Shown: positions 1 to 9,078 of the stretch, piece after piece
Layout: each line of letters begins with the position of its first letter
How positions within the stretch are numbered: position 1 is the stretch's first letter
The notes under the pieces: generated by a model
The model's input: only the letters and a program-made list of their open reading frames with translations
What the model was told of the DNA's origin: nothing
Databases searched by the model: none
Source of the DNA: Actinomycetota bacterium
GTDB taxonomy: Bacteria; Actinomycetota; UBA4738; CALAEC01
Length of the DNA stretch: 31,537 nucleotides
Direction of reading: 5' to 3'
Assembly (NCBI GenBank): GCA_036374295.1
Contig: DASUTZ010000048.1
Span: forward strand, 1 to 31,537
Position numbers and translations under genes: made by a program

Positions 1-154
1 CGCGGGACTCCTCCTTGGCGTCGGGGGCCACGGCGTCCTCGAGGTCGAGGAAGACCTGGTCGGCGGGGAGGCTCGCCGCCTTGGCCAGCATCTTCGGGCT
101 GGAGCCCGGCACCGCGAGGCACGAGCGGCGGGGCCGGGTGACGCGCTCGGTCAT
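1..154 (-). CDS. HpcH/HpaI aldolase/citrate lyase (CitE/malyl-CoA lyase-like) family protein, 5' part only; runs off the window
   Basis: Not in the ORF track. The reverse strand reads MTERVTRPRRSCLAVPGSSPKMLAKAASLPADQVFLDLEDAVAPDAKEESR, with the family-typical RS.L.VPG and FLDLEDAV motifs. AGAAGGAG SD upstream of the ATG. Confidence 0.88.
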   Translation of the reverse strand, partial: MTERVTRPRRSCLAVPGSSPKMLAKAASLPADQVFLDLEDAVAPDAKEESR

Positions 155-220
155 GCGTGGGCTCCTTCTGGTCAGGACGGGCTCATGGTAGACGGCCCGG
201 TCGCGGGACGCCCAGGCCGA

Positions 221-952
221 TCAGGCGCGCGGGGGCTGGGACTCGACCCGGCCGATGCGCTCGGCGAGGTGCTCAACCCGGACGGAGAGCTCGGTGAGCT
301 GGGTGGAGAGCTTCCCTCCCAGGTCGGTGAGGTCCCTGACGAACCGCTCCTGCTGCTCGACGGCCTTCCGCTCGCTGCGGATCAGGTCCTTGAACCCCCG
401 CTTCTGCGCCAGCGACTCCAGGACGCCGGAGAGGGCGTCGAGGCGCGTGATGCGCTGGTCCACGCGGGCGGCGAGGGCGGCCACGTCGCCGCGGATCCTC
501 TCCACCGCACCGTTCAGGGCCTCGAGCTGGCGGCCCACGGCCTCCTCGGTGCCGGCGATCTCGGCCACGGCCTCCTGCATGACCTTGAGCGCCCTGGCCA
601 CATGCTGCGGGAGGGTCTGGACCACCTCGAGGTCACCGCGAATCGAGGCCGCCGCGTTGCGCACGGCGTCCCGCACGGCGAGCGGTGACTGCTCGAGCAG
701 CTCCGCGATCACGGTGAGGTGAGCCGTGACCCGCTCCTCGACGCCCGCCACGGCGCTCCTCAGACCCTCGATGCTTCCGGCGGTGCGATCCTGAACCGCG
801 TCGAGGGCCGCTCGGATCCTCAGGCCGAAGACGTCCGAGAGCTCGGCCGGGATCGTGGCCAGACGCCGGTCAAGGTCTCGCTCGGTCCCCCGGTGCCCTC
901 CATCCGGGGGATCGGGATCGTCGGGGATCTCGAAGAGCCGGTCATCGTCCAT
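221..952 (-). CDS. Hypothetical helical/coiled-coil protein (243 aa)
   Basis: ATG at 952 (MDDDRLFEIP) lies 10 nt after TACAAT (963-968). Acidic Pro-rich N-terminus followed by heptad-like amphipathic helices. No family recognised. Confidence 0.7.
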   Translation of the reverse strand: MDDDRLFEIPDDPDPPDGGHRGTERDLDRRLATIPAELSDVFGLRIRAALDAVQDRTAGSIEGLRSAVAGVEERVTAHLTVIAELLEQSPLAVRDAVRNAAASIRGDLEVVQTLPQHVARALKVMQEAVAEIAGTEEAVGRQLEALNGAVERIRGDVAALAARVDQRITRLDALSGVLESLAQKRGFKDLIRSERKAVEQQERFVRDLTDLGGKLSTQLTELSVRVEHLAERIGRVESQPPRA

Positions 953-1065
953 GCTCGGCCGGATTGTATGTCCCGAACCCCTTCCGACCGGGGATTTCCG
1001 GGGAGGGGGTTCACAACCTGCCTCAAGCATGAGATAGGTGTGGACGAAACCCTCTATAGGGACCC

Positions 1066-3531
1066 ATGATGACGCGCCCGTCCATCCGCATCCTCATCGT
1101 CGCGCTCCTCGCCGCGGGGTTCGCGCTGGGCCTCCTGCCGCCCGCGGGCGGCTCCGGGCCTCCGGAGACGATGCTCTCCACGGTTCCCCTGCACGAGGCC
1201 GAGCTGGCCGGGCGTGGGCTCCTGGCCTCCGGCCAGGCCCTCTCGGCCACGCGGACGTCCCGGACCCCCCGCCACGAGGTGTGCGCGGACTTCGCCTTCA
1301 CGGCGGTGGGCCTCACCTGGAGGCAGACCGGGGACGAGCTCGTGCCGGTGAGCTTCCGATGGGACGAGGGAAGCGGCGTCCGTGGGGTCGCCGTCTACGC
1401 GGACCCCGACCACGCCCCCGACCCGGGCACCGGCGAGCGCGCGCGGGGTGGAACCCCGCTCGTGTGGACCGGCGAGGCGCGGTGCGTCGAGCTGACGCTC
1501 GAGCTGCAGGCCGGCGTGGAGGTCCGCGACCTGCGAGCCGTCTTCGTCAACACCTCGGGGACGTCGCGGGAGGGGTCGATCCTGGGGACGATCGCCACGG
1601 GGATCGGCCGGGGCATGGCCCTCCTCTGGGGCATGGAGACCTCGGAGGCCGTGGCCCCCAAGCCCAAGATCATCCGGCGCAGCGGATGGGGGGCGAACGA
1701 GAGCCTCCGGAACTGCGGCCCCTCGTACGCCCCCGAGCTCAAGATGGCCTACGTCCACCACACCGCGAGCGGGAACGGGTACTCGAAGGCGCAGGCCGAC
1801 GACGTGATCCGCGCCATCTACGCCTACCACACGCAGGGCCGCGGCTACTGCGACATCGCCTACAACTTCCTCGTGGACCGGTTCGGCCGGATCTACGAGG
1901 GCCGCTTCGGTGGCATGACCGAGCCGGTGATCGGCGGCCACGCGATGGGCTTCAACACGGGGAGCACCGGGGTCGCCGTGGTCGGGAACTTCGTCTCGGT
2001 TAATCCGGGGACGGCCGCGATCAGCGCCCTGAAGCGCCTTCTGGCCTGGCGCCTCGATATCGCGCACCTGAACCCGAAGGGCACGGCCACGATGGTGTCC
2101 GCGGGCGGGCCGAACCAGAAGTACGAGGAGGGTGAGGAGGTGAAGCTGCCGGTGATCGCCGGTCACCGGCATACGGGGTACACGACCTGCCCAGGCGACC
2201 GCCTCTTCGCCAAGCTCGGGGCGATCCGCACGGGCGCCCAGGCACGGGGCCTCCCCAAGATCTGGAACCCGCGGGCCACGAGCGACACCCTGGAGCTCGG
2301 CCACGGGGGCGTCCGCTACCGAGCCAAGCTCTCCGCAGCCCTGCCCTGGAGCGTGGAGATCGCCGGTCCGAGCGGGATCGTGCGGACCTGGACGGGCACC
2401 GGCCAGGGGGTCGACGTGGTGTGGGAGGGCTTCGACGATCGAGGGTTCCCGGCGGACGAGGCCGACTACATCGTCACGATGCGAGCGGGTGGCGCCGGGC
2501 AGCCGCAGGCCCGACCGGCCGCGCTCCGGACCGCGCTGACCGGGTCCTGCGACATCACGACGACCCGCTCCTCCCCGACGGCGATCGGGACCGACGAGGA
2601 CGAGGTCCTCTGCGGCCTCAACGGGCAGGCCGACGTCCTCGACGGCGGCGGAGGCAACGACATCCTCATGGGCTTCGGGGGGAACGATCAGCTGACCGGC
2701 GGGCCCGGACAGGACACCCTTGTCGGGGGGAACGGGTCGGACATGCTCCAGGGCGGGACGGGGGCCGACGTCCTGTTCGGAGGGGCCGCGAACGACACGC
2801 TCGTGGGGGGAGCGAACGCCGACGTCCTCCACGGGGGACCGGGCGACGACCAGCTCGACGGAGGAGGCGGCGCCGACACGGTGAGCCACGCCACGTCGTC
2901 CACGGCGGTGCGGGTGGACCTGGCCGCGGGAACGGCCATCGGCGAGGGGACGGACGACCTCACGGGGTTCGTCAACGCGATCGGCTCGCCACGGAACGAC
3001 ACGCTCATCGGTAGCGACGGCCACAACCACCTCGTGGGCGGGGGAGGACGGGACGTCTTGACCGGAGGCGCGGGAGACGACCTCCTCGAGGCCGGCCCCG
3101 GCGCCGACCGCCTTGCGGGCGGCGCCGGAGACGACGCTCTCGTGGGAGGCGGCGGGAGCGACACCGCCCGCTTCGCGGGGGCGCCGGGCCCCGTCGTGGT
3201 CGATCTGCGAGCTGGCTCGGCGATCGGCGACGGCGCCGACACGCTGCGCGCGATCCAGAACGTGGTGGGCGGCCCCGGGAAGGACACGCTCAGGGGCGAC
3301 GCAAAGGCGAACCGCCTGCTGGGGAAGGGCGGCTGGGACATCCTCGTGGGGAAGGGCGGGCCCGACCTGCTCGTAGGCGGGGCCGGGCGCGACGACCTGC
3401 GAGGCGGCTCCGGGAGGGACACACTCCGGGCCAAGGACGGGAAGCGGGACTCGGTGGACGGGGGCGGCGGGTTCGACGCGGCGCACGTCGATCCGAAGGA
3501 CGACGTGCGCCGCGTCGAACAGCACCGCTGA
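1066..3531 (+). CDS. Secreted N-acetylmuramoyl-L-alanine amidase (Amidase_2/PGRP type) with a probable FlgD-like Ig domain and hemolysin-type Ca-binding (RTX-like) repeats
   Basis: Signal peptide. IIRRSGWGANES, YVHHTA, DIAYNFLVDRFGRIYEGR, GGHAMGFN and GHRHTGYTTCPG are PGRP-type Zn amidase motifs. VVWEGFDDRG...ADYIVTM resembles an FlgD Ig domain. Many GGxGxDxL nonapeptides follow. Confidence 0.88.
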   Translation: MMTRPSIRILIVALLAAGFALGLLPPAGGSGPPETMLSTVPLHEAELAGRGLLASGQALSATRTSRTPRHEVCADFAFTAVGLTWRQTGDELVPVSFRWDEGSGVRGVAVYADPDHAPDPGTGERARGGTPLVWTGEARCVELTLELQAGVEVRDLRAVFVNTSGTSREGSILGTIATGIGRGMALLWGMETSEAVAPKPKIIRRSGWGANESLRNCGPSYAPELKMAYVHHTASGNGYSKAQADDVIRAIYAYHTQGRGYCDIAYNFLVDRFGRIYEGRFGGMTEPVIGGHAMGFNTGSTGVAVVGNFVSVNPGTAAISALKRLLAWRLDIAHLNPKGTATMVSAGGPNQKYEEGEEVKLPVIAGHRHTGYTTCPGDRLFAKLGAIRTGAQARGLPKIWNPRATSDTLELGHGGVRYRAKLSAALPWSVEIAGPSGIVRTWTGTGQGVDVVWEGFDDRGFPADEADYIVTMRAGGAGQPQARPAALRTALTGSCDITTTRSSPTAIGTDEDEVLCGLNGQADVLDGGGGNDILMGFGGNDQLTGGPGQDTLVGGNGSDMLQGGTGADVLFGGAANDTLVGGANADVLHGGPGDDQLDGGGGADTVSHATSSTAVRVDLAAGTAIGEGTDDLTGFVNAIGSPRNDTLIGSDGHNHLVGGGGRDVLTGGAGDDLLEAGPGADRLAGGAGDDALVGGGGSDTARFAGAPGPVVVDLRAGSAIGDGADTLRAIQNVVGGPGKDTLRGDAKANRLLGKGGWDILVGKGGPDLLVGGAGRDDLRGGSGRDTLRAKDGKRDSVDGGGGFDAAHVDPKDDVRRVEQHR
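2641..3490 (+). repeat. Three blocks of Gly/Asp nonapeptide (GGxGxDxLx) repeats within the amidase
   Basis: GGGGNDILM, GFGGNDQLT, GGPGQDTLV, GGNGSDMLQ, GGTGADVLF, GGAGDDLLE, GGAGRDDLR and others; about 20 units separated by two VxVDL.aG.a.G.G.D linkers. Confidence 0.9.
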
Positions 3532-3532
3532 T

Positions 3533-4855
3533 TCAGCGCCGGGCCGCGGTCACCGACTCGGCCAGGACCTCCAGCCCCTCGTCGAGCTCCTCGTCGGAGA
3601 TCACGAGCGGCAGCAGGTGGCGGAGGACGTTCTTGTAGATCCCGCAGTTCACGGCGAGGAGCCCGCGCTGCATCGCCTCCCCGATGACCCCTCCCACCAG
3701 CTCCTTGTCGGGCTCCTTCGTCTCGGGGTCCTTCACCATCTCCACGCCGATCATCGCCCCGATGCCGCGGATGTCGCCGATCTCGGGGACGTCGCGCGCG
3801 ATCTCCTCCCACGCGGCGCGGATCGTCTTGCCCACGACCTGGGCCCGCTCGACCAGCTCCTCCTCCTCGATCACCTGGAGCGTGGCGTTCGCCGCCGCGC
3901 AGGCAACGGGGTTCCCGATGTAGGTGCCGCCGATCTCGGAGGGGCCGGGGGCGTCCATGACGTCGGCCCGTCCCACGACCGCCGAGATCGGGTACCCCGA
4001 TCCCATCGCCTTGGCCAGCGTGATCAGGTCCGGTTCCACGCCGAACTGCTCCACCGCGAGGAAGGTGCCCGTGCGGCCGCACCCCGTCTGGACCTCGTCC
4101 GCGATCAGGAGGATGTCGTGCCGCCTGCAGATCTCGGCCAGCCCGGGGAGGAAGTCGGGGGTGACGGGCACGAACCCACCCTCCCCCAGCACCGGCTCGA
4201 TGATCACGGCGGCGACGGTGTCCGGATCCACCTGCGTCGTCAGCGAGCGCTCGAACGCCTCGAGGGCGAGCGCCCCGGCGTTCTCGGGCTCGGGGCTCCG
4301 GTACGCGTAGGGGAACGGGACCCGGTACACCTCGGGGGCGAAGGGCCCGAACCCGCTCTTGTAGGGCGCGTGGCGGCTGGTGAGCGTCATCGCCATCAGG
4401 GTGCGGCCGTGGAAGGCGCCCTCGAAGGCGATGATGGCCGAGCGGCCAGTCGCCCGTCGCGCGATCTTGACCGCGTTCTCGACGGCCTCCGCCCCAGAGT
4501 TGAAGAAGGCGGCCTTCCGGTCTCCGCCGCCCACGGCGGCCACGAGGCGCTCGGCCAGCTCCACCCACGACTCGTACGGCACCACGGTGAAGTCGGTGTG
4601 GGCGAACCGCTCCAGCTGGGCCCGGGCGGCCTCGACGACCTTGGGGTGGGAGTGGCCGGTGAGGAGGGCGCCGAGCCCGCCGGCGAAGTCGAGGAAGGTG
4701 TTGCCGTCCACGTCCGTGAACGACGCCCCGTGTCCCTCCTCGATGAAGCCGGGCATGTGGAGGTCGAACGGCTCCGCGACGACCTGCTCCTTCCGTTCGA
4801 TCAGCTCGCGGGACCTCGGCCCCGGGATCTCGGTGACCAGGTTGATCGTGCCCAA
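3533..4855 (-). CDS. gabT: 4-aminobutyrate aminotransferase (class III PLP enzyme)
   Basis: FFNSGAEAVENAVK, AFHGRT, EPVLGEGG, IADEVQTGCGRTG, TLAKAMG and GGTYIGNP motifs. TTG start after GAGGAGG. Confidence 0.88.
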   Translation of the reverse strand: MGTINLVTEIPGPRSRELIERKEQVVAEPFDLHMPGFIEEGHGASFTDVDGNTFLDFAGGLGALLTGHSHPKVVEAARAQLERFAHTDFTVVPYESWVELAERLVAAVGGGDRKAAFFNSGAEAVENAVKIARRATGRSAIIAFEGAFHGRTLMAMTLTSRHAPYKSGFGPFAPEVYRVPFPYAYRSPEPENAGALALEAFERSLTTQVDPDTVAAVIIEPVLGEGGFVPVTPDFLPGLAEICRRHDILLIADEVQTGCGRTGTFLAVEQFGVEPDLITLAKAMGSGYPISAVVGRADVMDAPGPSEIGGTYIGNPVACAAANATLQVIEEEELVERAQVVGKTIRAAWEEIARDVPEIGDIRGIGAMIGVEMVKDPETKEPDKELVGGVIGEAMQRGLLAVNCGIYKNVLRHLLPLVISDEELDEGLEVLAESVTAARR

Positions 4856-4898
4856 CTCCCCCTCCTCCCTCTCGCGCGCCTCGGAGGCTACCAGAGGA

Positions 4899-5345
4899 TC
4901 ACAGACGCAGAGGCCGCGGCGGGCTCATGATCGCGGCCGGATCCTCCCGCCAGCGCTCCGGCTGGACGTCTATGTACAGCTCGATCTCGTTGCCGTCGGG
5001 GTCTGCGATGTAGACGCTGTGCGTGACGACGTGGTCCGCCATGCCCATGATCTGGACGCCGGCCGCCTCCAGCGCCCGGATCGCCTCGCGCAGCTCGTCG
5101 TCGGTCGTGCCCACCTTCAGCCCGAAGTGGTACATGCCGACGCGCCTGCCGGGCGGGACCGGCGTGGCGTCCTCCCCCACCTCCAGCAGCAGCAGCTCGT
5201 GGTGGGTGCGGCCGGACGAGAAGGCCGCGCCCTGGCTGCCGAACCTGCCGATCTCCTCCCACCCCAGCACGTCGCGGTAGAAGCGGACCGAGCGCTCCAG
5301 GTCCCGGACGTAGAGAACGAGATGGCCGAGCTCGTGCACCTTCAT
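4899..5345 (-). CDS. VOC (glyoxalase/extradiol dioxygenase) family protein, 148 aa
   Basis: LGHLVLYVRDLERSVRFYRDVLG, GMYHFGL and SVYIADPDGNEIELY. AAGGAGG SD. This is the true C-terminal part of the 4899..6371 ORF. Confidence 0.9.
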   Translation of the reverse strand: MKVHELGHLVLYVRDLERSVRFYRDVLGWEEIGRFGSQGAAFSSGRTHHELLLLEVGEDATPVPPGRRVGMYHFGLKVGTTDDELREAIRALEAAGVQIMGMADHVVTHSVYIADPDGNEIELYIDVQPERWREDPAAIMSPPRPLRL

Positions 5346-5383
5346 CGAGGCCTCCTTGACGCGTGAGCCTCCAGGATAGCCTG

Positions 5384-5409
5384 GGAACATGCCGTCCTCT
5401 CGCGGTGTT
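5384..5409 (+). promoter_or_regulatory. Putative SigH/SigR-type ECF promoter GGAAC-N18-GTT upstream of the ABC exporter
   Basis: GGAAC at 5384-5388, exactly 18 nt, then GTT at 5407-5409; lies 35 nt before the ATG at 5445. Confidence 0.55.
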
Positions 5410-5444
5410 TCTCCGAATGCCCGCGTACGCTTGACGAGGAGCCC

Positions 5445-6452
5445 ATGACGAAGCTGATCGAGGTCGAATCCCTCACGAAGGTCTACCCGGACGGCACCCG
5501 TGCCGTGGACGACGTCTCCTTCCACGTCGAGGAGGGAGAGATGTTCGGCTTCCTCGGCCCGAACGGGGCCGGGAAGACCACCACCATCCGCATCCTCGTC
5601 ACCCTGCTCCCCAAGACGGCCGGCTCGGCCCGGGTGGGCGGGATCGAGGTGAGCGAGGACCCCGACACGGTCCGCCGCTCGATCGGTTACGCCGCCCAGT
5701 TCATCGGAGTGGACGACGACCTGACCGCGCACGAGAACCTGGTGCTCCAGGCCCGCCTGCACGGGATCGGCAAGGCCGAGGCCCGGCGGCGCGCGGAGGA
5801 GCTGCTCGAGGTGTTCGCTCTCTCCCCCGTCGCCGGCAGGCGCGCCGCGACCCTCTCGGGCGGGATGCGCCGGCGCCTCGACCTGGCCCAGGCCCTGGCG
5901 CACCGGCCGCCGCTCGTCTTCCTGGACGAGCCGACCACAGGGCTCGACCCGCAGACCCGCAACGCGATGTGGCGGTACCTCGAGGAGCTGAACCGGGGCG
6001 GGACCACCGTGTTCCTCACAACCCAGTACCTGGAGGAAGCCGACCGCCTCTGCACGCGGCTGGCGATCATCGACCACGGGAGGATCGTGGTCGAGGGATC
6101 CCCCGCCGAGCTGAAGAAGCAGGTGGGGGGCGACGTGGTCACGCTCTCGCTGGAGGACCACGAGCCCGAGACGGTGCGGCGCGCGCTCGAGGCCGTGACC
6201 GCGTTCCCCGGGGCCGGGGAGCCGCGGGTCTTCGACCACTCGATCTCGCTCCCAGTGAAGGACGCCGGCGAGGCGCTGTCGGCGCTCGTGCGCCGCCTGG
6301 ACGCAGCGGGCATCCCGGTGTCCAGGCTGTCGATGTCCTCGCCCACCCTCGACGAGGTCTTCCTCCGCCACACGGGCGAGCGGATGCGGGTGGAGGACCC
6401 GAACACGAGGGCCTCGAGCCCGGCGTTCCGCGTCATGCGGGGGAGGCGCTGA
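5445..6452 (+). CDS. ABC-2 exporter ATP-binding subunit (DrrA-like)
   Basis: Walker [10 protein letters not shown], signature LSGGMRRRL, Walker [13 protein letters not shown], and TTQYLEEAD. Confidence 0.95.
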   Translation: MTKLIEVESLTKVYPDGTRAVDDVSFHVEEGEMFGFLGPNGAGKTTTIRILVTLLPKTAGSARVGGIEVSEDPDTVRRSIGYAAQFIGVDDDLTAHENLVLQARLHGIGKAEARRRAEELLEVFALSPVAGRRAATLSGGMRRRLDLAQALAHRPPLVFLDEPTTGLDPQTRNAMWRYLEELNRGGTTVFLTTQYLEEADRLCTRLAIIDHGRIVVEGSPAELKKQVGGDVVTLSLEDHEPETVRRALEAVTAFPGAGEPRVFDHSISLPVKDAGEALSALVRRLDAAGIPVSRLSMSSPTLDEVFLRHTGERMRVEDPNTRASSPAFRVMRGRR

Positions 6453-7228
6453 TGCGCACCGTGGCCGAGTCGGCGATCCTCTTCCGCCGGAACATCACGA
6501 AGCTCGTCCGGGTTCCGATGATGATCTTCTTCTCGCTCTTCCAGCCCCTGCTGTGGCTGATCCTCTTCACCCAGATCTTCCAGCGGCTCGGGGAGTTCCC
6601 GCAGTTCCAGCAGCAGGGCTACGACTCCTACCTCATGTTCTTCGCTCCGAGCGTCCTGACGATGACGGTGCTGACCTCGGCCTTCCAGTCGGGCATGGGG
6701 ATGGTCACCGACCTCGAGACGGGCATGCTCGACAAGTTCCTCATCAGCCCGATCCGGCGGTCGAGCGTCCTGCTGGGGAAGGTGATGGCCGACGGCTTCC
6801 GGATGCTGCTGCAGGGGGCGACGGTGCTCGTCATCGCGCTCCTCATGGGGGCCAGGATCGAGACCGGGATCCCGGGAGCATCGATCATGCTGGTCGTCGC
6901 CGTTCTGTTCGGGATCGTCTGGGCCGGGCTCTCGAACATCGTGGCCCTGCGGACGCGGCACGCGGAGATGACGATGATGATCGGGATCCTGCTGACGTTC
7001 CCCCTCCTCTTCCTCTCCACGGCGATGATGCCGGAGGGCCTCCTGCCCGGCTGGCTGGAGACGGTGGGGCGCTTCAACCCGGTGTCGTACGTGATCGACA
7101 CGGCCCGCGCGTTCATGAACGACGGGTACGACTGGGGTCAGCTCGGGATCACGCTGGCCGTCATCGCGGCGGTCGGCGCCTTCACGCTGACCGGCGCCAC
7201 GCGCGCCTTCCGCCGCGCCACCACGTGA
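6452..7228 (+). CDS. ABC-2 exporter permease (DrrB-like)
   Basis: TGATG coupling to the ATPase gene. About six hydrophobic segments, with DLETGMLDKFLISPIRRSSVLLGK and NPVSYVID motifs. Confidence 0.92.
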   Translation: MRTVAESAILFRRNITKLVRVPMMIFFSLFQPLLWLILFTQIFQRLGEFPQFQQQGYDSYLMFFAPSVLTMTVLTSAFQSGMGMVTDLETGMLDKFLISPIRRSSVLLGKVMADGFRMLLQGATVLVIALLMGARIETGIPGASIMLVVAVLFGIVWAGLSNIVALRTRHAEMTMMIGILLTFPLLFLSTAMMPEGLLPGWLETVGRFNPVSYVIDTARAFMNDGYDWGQLGITLAVIAAVGAFTLTGATRAFRRATT

Positions 7229-7740
7229 CGACGGTCTGGACGGTCGGTCACAGCACGCACCCGATCGAGACGTTCCTCGAGCTGCTGCGCGGGGCCGGCA
7301 TCCGGCGGCTCGTGGACGTCCGGACCGCCCCGGGGTCCCGGAGGCACCCCCAGTTCGGACGGGAGGCGCTGGCCGCGTCGCTGGAGCAGGCGGGCGTCGG
7401 TTACGAGTGGCGAGGTGAGGAGCTCGGCGGCTGGCGGAAGGCCCGGCCGGACTCCCGCCACACCGCCCTGCGGTCGGCCGGGTTCCGCGGTTACGCCGAC
7501 CACATGGAGTCCGAGAGCTTCCGCGAGGCGCTGGACGGGCTGCTCGACGAGGCTGAGGAGCGGCCCACGGCCGTCATGTGCGCCGAGGCGCTCTGGTGGC
7601 GGTGCCACCGCTCGATGATTGCCGACGCGGTCGCGGCCCGGGGCCACGAGGCTCGACACCTGATGCCCGACGGCTCCATCGCCCCCCACCGGCCGAGGTT
7701 CTCCCGGGTCGAGGGCGGCGTCCCCGTCTACGATCCCTAG
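7225..7740 (+). CDS. DUF488 family protein
   Basis: GTGA overlap with the permease gene. VWTVGHSTHPIETF, LVDVRTAPGSRRHPQF and AVMCAEALWWRCHRSMIAD motifs. Confidence 0.88.
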   Translation: MTTVWTVGHSTHPIETFLELLRGAGIRRLVDVRTAPGSRRHPQFGREALAASLEQAGVGYEWRGEELGGWRKARPDSRHTALRSAGFRGYADHMESESFREALDGLLDEAEERPTAVMCAEALWWRCHRSMIADAVAARGHEARHLMPDGSIAPHRPRFSRVEGGVPVYDP

Positions 7741-8111
7741 GCGCGCCGGCGGACCTCGTGCTCGACGTCGCCGAATGCGTCGAGAGGGGCGATCACGTCG
7801 CCGAGCACGAGGACGAGCGACTCGAAGTCGAGCGAGGGCGCCTCGAGCCTGAGCCACTCGGACCTTCGCGCCGCCTCCTCGATCGCCGACCGGCACCGCC
7901 GGGCCAGGTCGTCGGGCGCACCCTCCCAGGCCCCGAGCACCCGGGCCGCCTCGGCCAGCGCGTCCTCGAAGGCCAGGATCGAGGTGGCCAGAGGCTCGGG
8001 CTCGCGGCGGGAGGCGGGCACGGCGGCCACGAGGGCGTCCTTCGCTCGCTCCACCTCGGCGGCCACCCGCTCGAACCCGCGCGGGATCCTTCGTCGCCTC
8101 CCCAGGGCCAT
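7737..8111 (-). CDS. Hypothetical helical protein (124 aa)
   Basis: ATG at 8111 lies 7 nt after TAGACT (leaderless-like). Fills the gap between flanking genes. No family recognised. Confidence 0.65.
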   Translation of the reverse strand: MALGRRRRIPRGFERVAAEVERAKDALVAAVPASRREPEPLATSILAFEDALAEAARVLGAWEGAPDDLARRCRSAIEEAARRSEWLRLEAPSLDFESLVLVLGDVIAPLDAFGDVEHEVRRRA

Positions 8112-8163
8112 GCGGCCGAGTCTACGGGTTCCATCTGGGCCCTCCTTCCGTGAGAATGGCGCG

Positions 8164-9075
8164 ATGCGGCTCCTCCTGGTCGTCAACACGCGGGCGGGCA
8201 CCGTCACGCCCCGCACGGTGCGGTTCATCGAGCGAGCCCTGTCGGATCAGGCCAAGGTCCGGATCGAGCTGACGCGGGAGCCGGGCCACGGGGTCGAGCT
8301 GGCCGGGAAGGCGGCCGCGGGCGATCACGACGTGGTGGCCGTGATGGGCGGCGACGGCACCGTCAACGAGGTGGCGAACGGGCTCGCGGGCTCGGACGTT
8401 CCCATGGCCATCATCCCCGGAGGGGGCACGAACGTCCTCGCCCGCTCGCTCGGCATCCCCCAGGAGCCCATCCGCGCCGCGGGGTTCCTCCTGGCCAGGC
8501 TCTCGGGGCCCGGCCGCCGCATCCCCCTGGGTCGGGCGGCGGAACGCTACTTCACCTTCTCGTGCGGCTTCGGGCTCGACGCCGAGATCGTTCGCCGCGT
8601 GGAGCGCAGACAGCGCCTGAAGCGGGCCGCCGGCCACGGCTACTTCGTCTGGACCGCGCTCCGAGTGGGCCTCGTCTCCTACGACTTCAAGACGCCGAGG
8701 ATCCGTGCACGCTGGGGCTCCGCGCTCGAGCACGAGCGAGACGGCCTCACGTTCCTCATCTCCCAGAACGTCGACCCGTACAGCTACCTGGGCTCCCTCC
8801 CCATCAAGGTCTGCCCCAGGGCGAGCCTGGACCTCGGCCTGGACGCGTTCGCCGGCGGGCCGGTCGGCAGGATCCGGATCGTCCGCTGGGCCCTCAAGAC
8901 CCTGGGAAGCGGGCGCCACGCGCGCGACCGCCGCGCCCTCTCGCTCCACGACCAGGGGCGGATCGAGGTCGTCGCGGCCTCTCCGCACCCCGTGCAGATG
9001 GACGGGGAGTACGTCGGCGACCACGACCGCCTCCTCCTGGAGTCGGTCCCCGGGGCCCTGTCGATCCTGGCGTGA
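8164..9075 (+). CDS. Diacylglycerol/lipid kinase family protein
   Basis: LVVNTRAG, VMGGDGTVNEVANGL, IPGGGTNVLARSLG, GFGLDAEIV and QMDGEYVG motifs. Confidence 0.92.
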   Translation: MRLLLVVNTRAGTVTPRTVRFIERALSDQAKVRIELTREPGHGVELAGKAAAGDHDVVAVMGGDGTVNEVANGLAGSDVPMAIIPGGGTNVLARSLGIPQEPIRAAGFLLARLSGPGRRIPLGRAAERYFTFSCGFGLDAEIVRRVERRQRLKRAAGHGYFVWTALRVGLVSYDFKTPRIRARWGSALEHERDGLTFLISQNVDPYSYLGSLPIKVCPRASLDLGLDAFAGGPVGRIRIVRWALKTLGSGRHARDRRALSLHDQGRIEVVAASPHPVQMDGEYVGDHDRLLLESVPGALSILA

Positions 9076-9078
9076 GGA

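Noticed and set aside
2641-3490. CRISPR-like or tandem DNA repeat array
   Set aside because: The 27-nt periodicity is protein-level (nonapeptides) with synonymous divergence; there are no identical repeats with spacers and no cas genes.
1054-3525. 823-aa antisense ORF opposite the amidase
   Set aside because: Shadow frame of a GC-rich gene; no motifs, while the plus strand has a clear family.
5356-5382. TTGACG...TAGCCT SigA promoter for the ABC operon
   Set aside because: The spacer is only 15 nt; the ECF-type motif fits better. Not fully excluded.
4899-6371. 490-aa ORF suggesting a large VOC fusion
   Set aside because: Only the last 148 aa are VOC, with their own SD at 5345; the rest is antisense to the ABC ATPase.
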